64,000 nucleotides of DNA from Candidatus Woesearchaeota archaeon. GTDB taxonomy: Archaea > Nanobdellota > Nanobdellia > Woesearchaeales > JACPBO01. Position 1 is the first letter of the stretch. Every line of letters starts with the position of its first letter. Position numbers and translations under genes: made by a program. The notes under the pieces are model-generated. The model saw only the letters and a list, made by a program, of their open reading frames with translations. It was not told where the DNA came from and made no database searches. The stretch spans positions 650,160 to 714,159 of the forward strand of contig JAUSCS010000006.1 in assembly GCA_030651135.1 (NCBI GenBank), given 5' to 3'. Below are positions 38,469 to 48,052 of the stretch, in pieces.

Positions 38469-39221
38469 ATGTATAAAATGAAAAGAAAAATAGCAAATAA
38501 AACAAAAAACAAAGAGGATTATTTATTATACGGGCTTTTAGTTATAGCCTCTATTGTTTTGATCTTCAGCATAGTGTCTTTTTTAAATTTTCAAAGCGAT
38601 AATTCCAACCAACAATCAACTGAAATGCATTCTGCAAGTCAAATGTCATTAACAGCTTTCGATAAGCAATTGGCCAGAAATTTAATGGATAAAAATAATG
38701 ATGGGCTTTGCGATGCCTGCGGCATGGATGTAAGCGCATGCATAGATAGTGGCCAGCTGCAGTGCAACATGGATCCTAAATCAACGATTGGGGTGCTTGG
38801 CTCAGGGCACATTCACGCAGATTTTAAGGTTTTTATAAATGGAAATTCAATTAACTTCGCAAATGAAAAATATCATATGAAGAGCAGTTTTATTCATGTG
38901 GATGATAACCTAAATAAAGAAGATGCTTCAAGTGTCTTGCATATGCATGCAACAGGCGTGCCTTTATGGATATTTTTCAAAAGCGTTGGAATGGACTTCA
39001 ACAAAGAAAGCCTGACTTTACCTGATGGACGGAAATTTTCAAACGGCAGTAAGAATACACTAAAGTTCTACGTAAATGGCAGACCTAATAGTGAGTGGGA
39101 AAATTATGTATTCAGCGATCTGGACAAGATTTTGATTTCGTACGGAGATGAGACAGACATGAGCCAGCAATTAAATTTGATAACCGATTTTGCAAATGAT
39201 CATGGAAAGCAAGGTGAATAA
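38469..39221 (+). CDS. membrane-anchored extracytoplasmic Cys/His-rich hypothetical protein
   Basis: Likely start MYKMKRK. TM helix; DGLCDACGMDVSACIDSGQLQC; HIHADF...LHMHATG. Confidence 0.4.
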   Translation: MYKMKRKIANKTKNKEDYLLYGLLVIASIVLIFSIVSFLNFQSDNSNQQSTEMHSASQMSLTAFDKQLARNLMDKNNDGLCDACGMDVSACIDSGQLQCNMDPKSTIGVLGSGHIHADFKVFINGNSINFANEKYHMKSSFIHVDDNLNKEDASSVLHMHATGVPLWIFFKSVGMDFNKESLTLPDGRKFSNGSKNTLKFYVNGRPNSEWENYVFSDLDKILISYGDETDMSQQLNLITDFANDHGKQGE

Positions 39222-39223
39222 AA

Positions 39224-39670
39224 ATGGATATTAAGTATAAAGCAACAAGAAACGGCATTATAGGAATTTTGTTGATTGTGGTATTGAACATCATAATACT
39301 TTGGAGCCTTGGATTCCCAGCAATGGCTGTTGCGCAGATCAAGAAATACTCTCCTTTGCTTGTCTTGCTGATTGGCGGATTTGGTTTCCAGATAAGTCTT
39401 TTCACTTATCTGAGGCACAAGAGCGCAATTGGCTGCACAACAACAGTTGCATCAGGCGGATTATCCACAACAAGCATGATACTGTGCTGCAGCCATTATC
39501 TTGTGAATATACTGCCTTTCATAGGAGTATCAGCGCTGGCTTCCCTTTCAGGCTATACGGTTTGGTTTATTTTAATAGGAATACTCTCTAATGCCGCAGG
39601 CATTGCAATAATGCTTTACAAAAGCAAAGGCGAAAAAAACAAAATTAGATTAAAAAAGAGAAAGAAATAA
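39224..39670 (+). CDS. integral membrane protein (4 TM) with Cys pairs
   Basis: Hydrophobic; CTTTVASGG...MILCCSHY; basic C-terminal tail. Confidence 0.4.
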   Translation: MDIKYKATRNGIIGILLIVVLNIIILWSLGFPAMAVAQIKKYSPLLVLLIGGFGFQISLFTYLRHKSAIGCTTTVASGGLSTTSMILCCSHYLVNILPFIGVSALASLSGYTVWFILIGILSNAAGIAIMLYKSKGEKNKIRLKKRKK

Positions 39671-39705
39671 AAAGAAGACGGCTTTAATGCTAGTCGGAGG
39701 AGTAA

Positions 39706-40230
39706 ATGAAAAAAATATTGTTGGCAGTATTTTTGGTCTTATTGTTGAACCTGAGTTTAGTTTATGCAGTTACACAACAAGAACTAAGCGAAGCTAAAAA
39801 TCTGATTGATGCAAAAACTGACTGCAAAAATTTATCAGATTCCCAGCTGGAAATAATTGGAGAATATTATATGGAACAAATGCATCCTGGCGAGGCCCAT
39901 AAACTTATGCACAAAATGATGGGGCTGGAAGAGGGCTCTGAAGATGAAGAGCAGTTTCATATTAGCATGGCGAAAAGTATTTATTGCGGTGAGAATACAG
40001 CGGGAATGATGGGAGGAGGAATGATGAACGTGATGGGTGGAAATATGATGGGCGGTAATATTGGAGGCAACATGATGGGATATGGAATGATGAACAGCGG
40101 CTATATTTGGTATTGGAATTTCTTGAATGTGCTTTATGCGATATTGTTAATCGGCTCGATTATTTTAGTTTATTTATGGATTATGAAATTGTGGAAGAAT
40201 AATGCAAAACACAAAGGCGGTAAAAGGTGA
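39706..40230 (+). CDS. secreted, C-terminally TM-anchored Met/Gly-rich putative copper-binding protein
   Basis: Signal peptide, then MMGGGMMNVMGGNMMGGNIGGNMMGYGMMNSG (MxxM-type Cu(I) motifs). Confidence 0.5.
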   Translation: MKKILLAVFLVLLLNLSLVYAVTQQELSEAKNLIDAKTDCKNLSDSQLEIIGEYYMEQMHPGEAHKLMHKMMGLEEGSEDEEQFHISMAKSIYCGENTAGMMGGGMMNVMGGNMMGGNIGGNMMGYGMMNSGYIWYWNFLNVLYAILLIGSIILVYLWIMKLWKNNAKHKGGKR

Positions 40231-40673
40231 AAGACATAATCTTAAAACCGATTGGCATTGTAAAGAACAACATCAAGGAACTGAGATTTGGGAATTTTGC
40301 AGACGAAGTTTCAGAAATAGCAATAGACAAGAAATTCACGGGCGCGCTAAAGGGCGTAGAAGAATACTCCCATATTATTGTTGTTTATTGGATGGACAAG
40401 GTTAAAAGCCATGTTATCGAGCATCAGCCGCAGGGCAACCCGAATGTGCCGATTGTCGGGATTTTTGCATGCAGATGCCCTGCAAGGCCGAATCCGATTG
40501 CAATTACAACAGTTAAGCTAGTGGAAGTTGATCATAAGAATAACAAAATTAAAGTAAAGGGTCTTGATATTCTAGACGGAACGCCTGTAATTGATATAAA
40601 GCCCTACTGGCCCCAGTATGATGAAGTTAAAGGCGCAAAAATTCCGCCATGGGTTTATAAGCTTAAATTTTAA
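40227..40673 (+). CDS. TsaA/YaeB (TrmO-like, UPF0066) family protein
   Basis: IGIVKN...HIIVVYWMD...GLDILDGTPVIDIKPY. Start overlaps the upstream stop. Confidence 0.6.
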   Translation: MKDIILKPIGIVKNNIKELRFGNFADEVSEIAIDKKFTGALKGVEEYSHIIVVYWMDKVKSHVIEHQPQGNPNVPIVGIFACRCPARPNPIAITTVKLVEVDHKNNKIKVKGLDILDGTPVIDIKPYWPQYDEVKGAKIPPWVYKLKF

Positions 40674-40694
40674 TCAAATATGGGGGTGGATAAA

Positions 40695-41132
40695 ATGAAA
40701 AGAATGTATTTTGTTTTGTTTTTGGCCGCATTGGTTTTAATAGCAGGATGCACGCAGACTATCGGCAATGGGACGCAAGGAAATCAGCAAACATCAGGCG
40801 GAGCATCTGCAGCAGGACAAGGCACTCAAACTACATCATCAGGCGGGCAAGAGCAGCAAACCAGTGCAGCTACAAATATCAATATTGAAATTAAGAACTT
40901 TGCATTCAGCCCGCAGGCTATAACAATAAAAAAAGGCTCAACAGTAACTTGGGAACAGATGGATTCAGCACCGCACACAGCAACATCAACAAGCTCGCCA
41001 TCAGGAGCAGCATTCGATTCAGGAACTCTGAACAAAGGAGCTTCGTGGAGCCATACATTTAATACAGCAGGAACTTATGAATATTATTGCGCGATACACC
41101 CGAACATGAAAGGAAAGATAATTGTGGAGTAA
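40695..41132 (+). CDS. blue-copper (cupredoxin/plastocyanin-like) protein, lipoprotein-like signal
   Basis: LIAGC signal. Type-1 Cu ligands H...C..H....M in YYCAIHPNMKGKIIV. Confidence 0.7.
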   Translation: MKRMYFVLFLAALVLIAGCTQTIGNGTQGNQQTSGGASAAGQGTQTTSSGGQEQQTSAATNINIEIKNFAFSPQAITIKKGSTVTWEQMDSAPHTATSTSSPSGAAFDSGTLNKGASWSHTFNTAGTYEYYCAIHPNMKGKIIVE

Positions 41133-41382
41133 AATGGCAATAGACCCTTCGCTCGGAATAAAAATTGTATATGTGCTGGGTTGGACAAACATTCTCAGCC
41201 TAGTTTTAATTCTTTTATCATGCAGATGCATCTTGGGCTTAAAGCCATCTTCATTTAGCAGCTCTAAATTGTATATGAGATTTTATAAATATCACTGCTA
41301 TTACTGGTGGCTTTTAATAGCATCTGTGCTGCTTCACGCTATAATGGCATTCATTATATTCGGCAATCCTTTTGTGAGGTGA
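41122..41382 (+). CDS. small hypothetical membrane protein
   Basis: 86 aa, two hydrophobic helices. Confidence 0.3.
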   Translation: MWSKMAIDPSLGIKIVYVLGWTNILSLVLILLSCRCILGLKPSSFSSSKLYMRFYKYHCYYWWLLIASVLLHAIMAFIIFGNPFVR

Positions 41383-41385
41383 CAA

Positions 41386-41532
41386 ATGGCAGACAAGCAA
41401 TTTTTCAGATGCACTGTGTGCAACGACATACATTATGGAATGGCTGGCCCCGAGTTATGCCCGACATGCAAGCAGGTCAATGTGTATGTAAAAATCGACA
41501 TAAGTGAAGCAAGAAAGATTATGAAACTTTAG
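41386..41532 (+). CDS. rubredoxin-like zinc-ribbon protein (48 aa)
   Basis: ORF below the track cutoff: MADKQFFRCTVCNDIHYGMAGPELCPTCKQVNVYVKIDISEARKIMKL. SD GAGGTG upstream. Confidence 0.5.
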   Translation: MADKQFFRCTVCNDIHYGMAGPELCPTCKQVNVYVKIDISEARKIMKL

Positions 41533-41539
41533 GGAAATA

Positions 41540-41824
41540 ATGAACAAAGAAGAAGTAATAAAAGTCTGGGGTGAATTCTGTAAAAGCAACGGAACATTTG
41601 AGCTAAACCCAGACAAAAAGCATGTTGAAATTGTTGCTGACGGCATATTATCTAATGAAAAGAAGCATGGATTGAAGTTCTGCCCATGCAGATTGAGAGA
41701 TGGGACATTTGAGAAGGACCTTGAGCTTATATGCCCCTGTAACTTTTTTATTCATGAAACATGGCTGAGGCCTAATCCGGGAATGCAGCCAATGTGCTGG
41801 TGCGGGCTGTTCGTAAAGGCATAA
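41540..41824 (+). CDS. ferredoxin-thioredoxin reductase catalytic-subunit-like protein
   Basis: Spacing ...C...CPC...CPC...CHC/CWC, seen here as FCKSNG...FCPCR...ICPCNFFIHE...CWCGLF. Confidence 0.55.
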   Translation: MNKEEVIKVWGEFCKSNGTFELNPDKKHVEIVADGILSNEKKHGLKFCPCRLRDGTFEKDLELICPCNFFIHETWLRPNPGMQPMCWCGLFVKA

Positions 41825-41844
41825 AAACAGAAACATTTATAAAT

Positions 41845-41868
41845 AACATATGCTTATCTTAACATATG
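41845..41868. promoter_or_regulatory. twin AACATATG elements (each with a self-complementary CATATG core) 16 bp apart, overlapping the arsR start; candidate ArsR operator. A TATA (TTTATAAAT) lies about 25 bp upstream, implying a leaderless transcript
   Basis: AACATATG at 41845-52 and 41861-68; the second copy contains the arsR ATG. Confidence 0.35.
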
Positions 41869-42168
41869 ATTAAAAAAGCATATAAAACATTCTTCGGGAC
41901 GCTGGACAATGAAAGAAGGCTGGAAATAATAAACATATTGAGAAAAGCGCCTAAATGCGTTTCCGAGATATGCAAGATGCTTGATTCCAATCAAACCACT
42001 GTATCGCACAATCTTAAAAGGCTTGAGAGGTGCGGCTTTGTTTTTGTAGAGAGGAAAGGGAAGCACAGGTATTATTCGCTGAATAAAAAAACAATAAAGC
42101 CCCTGATGGATCTTATAGACAAGCACATGCACGAATTTTGCGAGAAAATAGTGGCGGGTGAAAGATAA
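41866..42168 (+). CDS. arsR: ArsR/SmtB-family metalloregulator
   Basis: wHTH ...CVSEICKMLDSNQTTVSHNLKRLERCGFV.... Confidence 0.75.
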   Translation: MIKKAYKTFFGTLDNERRLEIINILRKAPKCVSEICKMLDSNQTTVSHNLKRLERCGFVFVERKGKHRYYSLNKKTIKPLMDLIDKHMHEFCEKIVAGER

Positions 42169-42329
42169 TGGTGGTGGAAGAGGCAAAGGCCGGCAAACCA
42201 TATTATGTTTGTGAAGAATGCAGTTTCGCTTACGAAGGCAAGAAATGGGCTGAAAAATGCCAGAAGTGGTGCAAAGAGCATCACAGCTGCAATACAGGGA
42301 TCGCAAAGCACGCTGTAATGAAATCGTAA
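42168..42329 (+). CDS. 53-aa Cys/His-rich putative metal-binding protein
   Basis: MVVEEAKAGKPYYVCEECSFAYEGKKWAEKCQKWCKEHHSCNTG.... Start overlaps the arsR stop (TAATG). Confidence 0.45.
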   Translation: MVVEEAKAGKPYYVCEECSFAYEGKKWAEKCQKWCKEHHSCNTGIAKHAVMKS

Positions 42330-42352
42330 AACTATTTAAGGAGGTGAAAAAG

Positions 42353-42382
42353 ATGGGGAAAGGAAAGAAGGGGTGCTGCTAA
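42353..42382 (+). CDS. SD-led micro-ORF MGKGKKGCC (9 aa), identical peptide to 37231
   Basis: GGAGGTG sits 8 nt upstream. The stop TAA abuts the ATG of the next gene. Confidence 0.35.
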   Translation: MGKGKKGCC

Positions 42383-42637
42383 ATGAAGAAAATCTCCAGC
42401 AAAAAAAGAACAGCTGAAGAAGGCTGCAAAAGCGTAAAGCACGCAAAGGGCATAACGATGCTGGTGTGTTGCTTGATAGTTATGGTTTTATTAATTGCAG
42501 CTGTATATTTTTTTGGGATTGGCAGGAATTACTCATATTGGCTTATTTTGTTGTTGTGCCCTCTGATGCATTTCTTCATGATGAGAGATATGCATAATAA
42601 ACCTCCCAAAAAGGGAAATGGAGATAAATGTCATTAA
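42383..42637 (+). CDS. small membrane protein with CPLMH motif, as in small heavy-metal-operon membrane proteins
   Basis: MKKISSKKRTAEEGCKS...LLLCPLMHFFMMRDMH...GDKCH. Confidence 0.4.
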   Translation: MKKISSKKRTAEEGCKSVKHAKGITMLVCCLIVMVLLIAAVYFFGIGRNYSYWLILLLCPLMHFFMMRDMHNKPPKKGNGDKCH

Positions 42638-42701
42638 GTGCTAAACATGGAAAAGAAAAAACCATTAATAATTGAAAATCCAAAAGAAAGAGGTGTGAAA
42701 A

Positions 42702-42878
42702 ATGGGTTGGTTTGATAAATATTGCGAGAAATGCGGAATGAAAGTGGATAAGAAGACAGCGCCCCAGCGTTTTGGCAAATATTTTTGCTCAGATGAGCAT
42801 GCAGAAACATATGCAAAAGAGGTAGAAGAAATGAGAAAGAAAATGCCAAAACAGCAAAGCAGTGGCGGTTGTTGCTAG
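42702..42878 (+). CDS. TRASH/YHS-domain metal-binding protein (58 aa) ending in GGCC
   Basis: CEKCGMKVDKKTAPQRFGKYFCSDEH is the TRASH pattern. C-terminus ...QQSSGGCC; SD AAGAGGTG. Confidence 0.55.
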   Translation: MGWFDKYCEKCGMKVDKKTAPQRFGKYFCSDEHAETYAKEVEEMRKKMPKQQSSGGCC

Positions 42879-42879
42879 A

Positions 42880-43431
42880 ATGAGACTAAAAGGAAAAACA
42901 ATGGTGTTGGGTGTGTGTGGTGGAATTGCGGCATATTGGGCTGCAGAGATTATTGGCGTGCTTAAGAATGAAGAGGCAGATGTTTATGTTGTAATGACCG
43001 AGAACGCTGCCAAGTTCATAGCGCCTTTGACACTGCAAACGCTTTCAAAGAATAAAGTAGTTATAGACATGTTTGAGCTTCCTGTAGAATTAGATATCAG
43101 CCATATCACATATGCGAAAAAAGCAGACTTAATGCTGGTTGCTCCAGCAACTGCTAATTTTATCGGAAAAGTTGCGAACGGCATAGCTGATGATATGCTG
43201 ACAGCAACCATAATGGCAACAAAAGCTCCAGTGATCATAGCCCCGGCTATGAATGAAAATATGTGGAATAATAAAATTCTGCAAAAAAATATTGGGATAT
43301 TAAAGCAGGCTGATTTCAAGATCATTAATCCTGAATATGGCAAAATGGCTTGCGGCGGGGAAGGGAAAGGCACTCTTGCCAGCATTGAGAAAATAATGAA
43401 AGAAATTGGAAGATTAAAAGAGGAGAATTGA
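42880..43431 (+). CDS. HFCD-family flavoprotein (CoaC/EpiD-like cysteine decarboxylase), stand-alone
   Basis: MVLGVCGGIAAYWA...VAPATANFIGKVANGIADDMLT. ATG 1 nt after the TRASH stop; the track used a GTG at 42862. Confidence 0.65.
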   Translation: MRLKGKTMVLGVCGGIAAYWAAEIIGVLKNEEADVYVVMTENAAKFIAPLTLQTLSKNKVVIDMFELPVELDISHITYAKKADLMLVAPATANFIGKVANGIADDMLTATIMATKAPVIIAPAMNENMWNNKILQKNIGILKQADFKIINPEYGKMACGGEGKGTLASIEKIMKEIGRLKEEN

Positions 43432-43444
43432 GGAATAGGAGAAA

Positions 43445-44314
43445 ATGAGAAAACTGTTACTGAAAAAAGAAAATTTTTATTTTATAACTGTCTTGATAAT
43501 TGTGGCTGTACTGGGCCTTGCTTTTGGGTCATTCTACAAATTGCATGACAAATTCTGGAGCCATTCTATCTTAACAATGCTTGTTTTTGTCTTCGCGATT
43601 TCGCATGGGATAATAAACAAGGGTACAAAAAATACCTTGACTTTTCTTGCCTTGTCTTTTGCGATAAGTTTCGCTGCAGAATTTATTGGAGTCAATTTTG
43701 GCTATTTTTTCGGGGGCGGATATAGCTATTCAGATTTGCTTGGCCCAAAAATTCTTGGAGTGCCCTTTCTTGTTATTTTGATGTGGGCAGCTTTGATTTA
43801 CGTTGCATACGCATTAAGTGAGCATATTCTTGATTTTAGGATAACCAAGAATATTTCAAAAAAAGATAAATTTTATCTTGCATTTTTCAGTTCGATTGTA
43901 GCGGCATTGGCTGCTGTGGCATGGGATTTTGTTCTTGATCCGCTCGCTGTAACAATGAAATGGTGGACTTGGCAGACCGCAGGAGTTTATTTCGGCATTC
44001 CGGCAAGCAATTTTATCGGATGGCTTATTGTTGTGTTCTTGGCAGTGTTCTTATTTAAGATGCTTTTCGAAAAAGAACACGAAGAAACAGAAACAAGGTA
44101 TGATTATGCTCCGGCCCTGTGCTACTTCTTACTTTATCTTTCCATAATCGGGCTTGCGCTAGAAACAAGGCAGCCAATATTTATTCTAATAGGCTTTATT
44201 ACAATGTTCCCCTTTATCAGCATAATCTTGGTGAGATATTTTACTATGAAAACAAAAGCGCCTCATTTATTCAAGCATAAACATGGGAAAGTGAAAGGAA
44301 GTGAAGATGGCTGA
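43445..44314 (+). CDS. integral membrane protein (7-8 TM), possibly carotenoid-biosynthesis-associated (DUF422-like)
   Basis: Multi-TM; the family resemblance is weak. Confidence 0.4.
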   Translation: MRKLLLKKENFYFITVLIIVAVLGLAFGSFYKLHDKFWSHSILTMLVFVFAISHGIINKGTKNTLTFLALSFAISFAAEFIGVNFGYFFGGGYSYSDLLGPKILGVPFLVILMWAALIYVAYALSEHILDFRITKNISKKDKFYLAFFSSIVAALAAVAWDFVLDPLAVTMKWWTWQTAGVYFGIPASNFIGWLIVVFLAVFLFKMLFEKEHEETETRYDYAPALCYFLLYLSIIGLALETRQPIFILIGFITMFPFISIILVRYFTMKTKAPHLFKHKHGKVKGSEDG

Positions 44315-44355
44315 GAAAAAGAAAAGGAGGCCGTCATTGAAATGGAGGTTAAAAA

Positions 44356-44541
44356 ATGTTTGAAAAATTAAAAAAAGCTACTCCACTTGAACTGCAGATA
44401 TGGGTTTGGAGCGCATTTATTTTTGGCATTGGTTTGGGAGCTCTTGCAACTTTTCTTAAACCATATGCAGTATGGATAACAATAATAAGTTTGATTGTGC
44501 ATCTTTTTATGATGTATAAAATTTATTTGCAAAAGAAATAA
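44356..44541 (+). CDS. small membrane protein
   Basis: 61 aa, two TM helices. Confidence 0.3.
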   Translation: MFEKLKKATPLELQIWVWSAFIFGIGLGALATFLKPYAVWITIISLIVHLFMMYKIYLQKK

Positions 44542-44620
44542 AATGTCGGAATTTTCCACCAGTCTGGTGGTTTAAAGCAAATGTGCTTCAACATTGAGAA
44601 AATGATAAGGAGGTGAAAAA

Positions 44621-44893
44621 ATGGAAAAACTAAATGTAAAAACAACTGCATTGACATTGGCCATTGTAGGCGGAGTACTTTCTCTGGCCTGCGCTGCGAT
44701 TATTGCAATATGGCCTGGTTCATTGAAATACCTCGGCGCAATATTCCACGGCATTGATTTGACAGCAATAGCAAAAACAAGCGTATCTATCGGAAGCGTC
44801 ATACTTGGCCTTATCGAAGTTGTGGTAATCGGCGCAATAGTAGGGGCATTGTTTGCCTGGTTGTATAATTATTTCAATGAAAAAATCAAATAA
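44621..44893 (+). CDS. small membrane protein
   Basis: 90 aa, three TM helices; SD AAGGAGGTG. Confidence 0.4.
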   Translation: MEKLNVKTTALTLAIVGGVLSLACAAIIAIWPGSLKYLGAIFHGIDLTAIAKTSVSIGSVILGLIEVVVIGAIVGALFAWLYNYFNEKIK

Positions 44894-44925
44894 AAGGATT
44901 TTTAAAGAACATAGAGGTGAGAAAA

Positions 44926-45128
44926 TGAGTAGAAAAGTAATAAAGGTGGCGAATGTGCCGCTTGAAATCAAACCGCAGAAGGAATCTGCATGGATCTGCA
45001 TGTGTGGCTTGTCAAAAAACCAGCCTTTCTGCGATGGTTTGCATAAATTATGCAACGGTGAAGAAGAAGGCAAGCTTTACGAATATGATGATGCCGGTCA
45101 TCGTAAGGAAATAAAAAAAGAAGGGTAA
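44926..45128 (+). CDS. CDGSH-type iron-sulfur domain protein
   Basis: Likely start MSRKVIKV after GAGGTGA. CMCGLSKNQPFCDGLH is the C-x-C-x2-S-x3-P-x-CDG-x-H pattern. Confidence 0.6.
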
Positions 45129-45143
45129 AAATCATAATCCTCA

Positions 45144-45629
45144 ATGAATAGAATAAAACAAAGCCTGAATGGAATAAACTGCGTATTAGGCAATTGGGTC
45201 TATTTGATGATTTTTATAGTTTTTACCATGGTCTTTTTATCAATCTACATTTTTGCATGGAACTTTATTTTGCTGTCAAACTTTTATGTAAGAATAGATC
45301 TATGGACGCCATTGAATTTGTTGTTTTTAATAACTATTTCAATTTTATCGGGTATGATTTTGGCATTAAATATTTATGTTCTTAAATCAAACTGGTCTTT
45401 ACATAAAAAAGCCCATGGTTATTTTGCGCTAATACCTGCTTTGTTCACATCAGTCTGCCCAACATGCGCCCCTCTGCTTTTGTCTTTTTCAAGCACGACA
45501 ATCGGCATTGGCATGCTGATATCCGGCTTTAATATTTTTGTTAATGCATTTATTGTTCTGTTACTTGGTTTGATCTTGATAAACATATCATCAAATTTAA
45601 ACAGTTGCAAAATAAAGGCTAAAAAATGA
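45144..45629 (+). CDS. integral membrane protein with intramembrane CPTC motif; stop overlaps the copA start
   Basis: [14 protein letters not shown]; 4 TM helices. Confidence 0.4.
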   Translation: MNRIKQSLNGINCVLGNWVYLMIFIVFTMVFLSIYIFAWNFILLSNFYVRIDLWTPLNLLFLITISILSGMILALNIYVLKSNWSLHKKAHGYFALIPALFTSVCPTCAPLLLSFSSTTIGIGMLISGFNIFVNAFIVLLLGLILINISSNLNSCKIKAKK

Positions 45630-48052
45630 AAACAACAATCAAGATAACAGGAATGCACTGCGCAAGCTGCGCAAATACAATAGAGAAAGCCTTAAAGAGA
45701 GCAAAAGGCGTGATCAATACAAATGTGAATTTTGCAACAGAAAAAGCAACTGTTGAATTCGATGAAAATAAAACAAATCAGGAAGGCGTTGAAAAAACAA
45801 TAGAAAAAACAGGCTATAAAATAATAAAGGAAGAAAAAGAAAGCAAAACAGGTGAAAAAGGTATTTCCGAGATAAAATTAAAAATCATCGGCATGGACAA
45901 TCCGCATTGTGTAGCCACAGTAAGCGGCGCATTAAGCGCAATAAAAGGCATTGTCTCAAAAGAGCTTTTAGTTAACCAGAAAGCGGCAATAAAGTATGAT
46001 CCCGTTCTGACAAGCATCAATGAAATCAAGAAAGCAATAAAAAATTCAGGCTACGAGCCAATTGAAGAAACTGCATCAGTTGACAAGGAGAAGGAAGCAA
46101 GGCAGAAAGAGATCAGAAGGCTGCAAATAGAGGTTTTTCTCGGGTTTTTATTGAGCATCCCTATTTTCATACTTTCTTTTCCTGAATGGTTCAAGATAAT
46201 TGTGCCTTATGCAAATTACGTTTTGTTTATATTGACAACTCCTGTACAGCTGGCAATCGGAAGAAGATTCTATGCCGGAATGTGGATCGCTTTAAAAAAC
46301 AAAAGCGCAAACATGGACACTTTGATTGCAGTAGGCACAAGCGCAGCCTATATTTACAGCGCTCTTGTGACTTTTATTCCAAATACCTTCAAAGGAGCTG
46401 TTTATTATGACACAGCAGCCATTATTATAACTTTCATTCTTTTAGGCAAACTGCTGGAAGCAGTGATGAAAGGCAAAACATCAGAAGCAATAAAAAAGCT
46501 GATGGGCCTGCAGGCTAAGACAGCAATGGTCGTAAGGAACGGCAAAGAAATTGGGATCAACATTGATGATGTTGCTGTCGGCGATATTGTTGTTATCAGG
46601 CCAGGTGAAAAAATCCCGGTTGACGGCGTTGTAATTGAAGGCCATTCAGCAGTTGACGAATCAATGATCTCCGGGGAAAGCATTCCTGTTGAAAAGAAAA
46701 TCGGCGACAATGTGATTGGAGCAACAATAAACAAGAACGGAGCTTTGAAGTTCAAGGCAACTAAAGTTGGAAAAGATACTGTTTTAGCTCAGATCATAAA
46801 ATTAGTTGAGGAAGCCCAAGGCAGCAAAGCTCCAATACAAAGAGTGGCTGACAAAGTAAGCAGCTATTTTGTTCCTGCTGTAATAATAATTGCAGTTGCA
46901 GCTTTCATTATTTGGCTATTAGCTGGCCAGAGTTTTGTATTTTCATTGAGCATATTCATTGCAGTTTTGATTATTGCATGCCCATGCGCACTTGGCCTGG
47001 CAACTCCGACTGCAATAATGGTTGGATCTGGAAAAGGAGCTGAAAACGGCATCTTAATAAAATCAGGCGAAGCACTTGAAACAGCCCATAAACTGACAAC
47101 AATTGTCTTTGACAAGACAGGAACATTGACAAAAGGAAAGCCCGAAGTTACGAAGATCGTTTCTGTTTCGAATTTATCTGAGAGGGAAATCATAAGATTC
47201 GCAGGCATTGCAGAGAAAAATTCAGAGCATCCTCTTGCAGAAGCAATTGTGAAGAAATGCGACGAACTGAAAATAAAGCTTACCGGCGCCTCATCTTTTA
47301 TTGCAGTTCCTGGAAAAGGCGTTAAAGCAAAGTACAAAGATGAAGAAATCATAATAGGCAACAGAAAAATGATGGAAAATTTTCCGTTAAAGCTTATAGA
47401 TCCGAAAATCGTTGAGCTTGAGAATTTGGGCAATACTGTTATGCTCATTGCGCTAAGGAACAGGGTTATTGGCATGGTTGCAGTTGCAGATACATTGAAA
47501 GAATATTCCAAAGAAGCAGTTGAGCAGCTTCATAAGATGAAAAAGGAAGTCATCATGATAACTGGCGACAACAAAAGAACGGCAGAAGCAATTGCAAAGC
47601 AGATCGGCATTGGCAAAGTTTTAGCAGAAGTGCTGCCTGAAGACAAGGAAAAAGAAGTAAAGAAGCTGCAGCATGCTGGAGAAGTTGTTGCATTTGTCGG
47701 AGATGGCATAAATGATGCGCCTGCTCTTGCGCAGGCAGATATAGGCATAGCAATTGGCGCAGGAACAGATGTTGCTTTGGAAACAGGGAATATTGTTTTG
47801 ATCAAAAACGATTTAAGAGATGTTGTTACTGCCATTGACCTAAGCGCTTATACAATAAGGAAGATAAGGCAGAATCTGTTTTGGGCATTTTTTTATAATA
47901 CTGCCGGCATTCCGATTGCAGCAGGAATTTTATATCCTTTCACGGGATTTTTGCTGAATCCGATAATAGCTGCTGCGGCAATGGCATTCAGCAGCGTGAG
48001 TGTTGTCGGGAATTCATTGTTTATGAGATTGTATAAGGCAAAGATAAAATGA
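45626..48052 (+). CDS. copA: Cu(I)-translocating P1B-type ATPase
   Basis: Two HMA domains (GMHCASC and an HMA-like domain), CPC motif [28 protein letters not shown]. Confidence 0.9.
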   Translation: MKTTIKITGMHCASCANTIEKALKRAKGVINTNVNFATEKATVEFDENKTNQEGVEKTIEKTGYKIIKEEKESKTGEKGISEIKLKIIGMDNPHCVATVSGALSAIKGIVSKELLVNQKAAIKYDPVLTSINEIKKAIKNSGYEPIEETASVDKEKEARQKEIRRLQIEVFLGFLLSIPIFILSFPEWFKIIVPYANYVLFILTTPVQLAIGRRFYAGMWIALKNKSANMDTLIAVGTSAAYIYSALVTFIPNTFKGAVYYDTAAIIITFILLGKLLEAVMKGKTSEAIKKLMGLQAKTAMVVRNGKEIGINIDDVAVGDIVVIRPGEKIPVDGVVIEGHSAVDESMISGESIPVEKKIGDNVIGATINKNGALKFKATKVGKDTVLAQIIKLVEEAQGSKAPIQRVADKVSSYFVPAVIIIAVAAFIIWLLAGQSFVFSLSIFIAVLIIACPCALGLATPTAIMVGSGKGAENGILIKSGEALETAHKLTTIVFDKTGTLTKGKPEVTKIVSVSNLSEREIIRFAGIAEKNSEHPLAEAIVKKCDELKIKLTGASSFIAVPGKGVKAKYKDEEIIIGNRKMMENFPLKLIDPKIVELENLGNTVMLIALRNRVIGMVAVADTLKEYSKEAVEQLHKMKKEVIMITGDNKRTAEAIAKQIGIGKVLAEVLPEDKEKEVKKLQHAGEVVAFVGDGINDAPALAQADIGIAIGAGTDVALETGNIVLIKNDLRDVVTAIDLSAYTIRKIRQNLFWAFFYNTAGIPIAAGILYPFTGFLLNPIIAAAAMAFSSVSVVGNSLFMRLYKAKIK

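Noticed and set aside
42862-42879. GTG start at 42862 for the HFCD flavoprotein (track ORF start)
   Set aside because: It would overlap the TRASH gene by 17 nt in another frame. The ATG at 42880, 1 nt after the TRASH stop, or the ATG at 42901 (MVLGVCGG) fit HFCD N-termini better.
46405-47835. Several 60-215-aa antisense ORFs inside copA (46405-46755, 46864-47511, 47530-47835)
   Set aside because: They lie fully within a high-confidence CopA coding region on the opposite strand. Low-complexity Ser/Ala/Ile translations typical of antisense frames of Ala/Gly-rich TM proteins.
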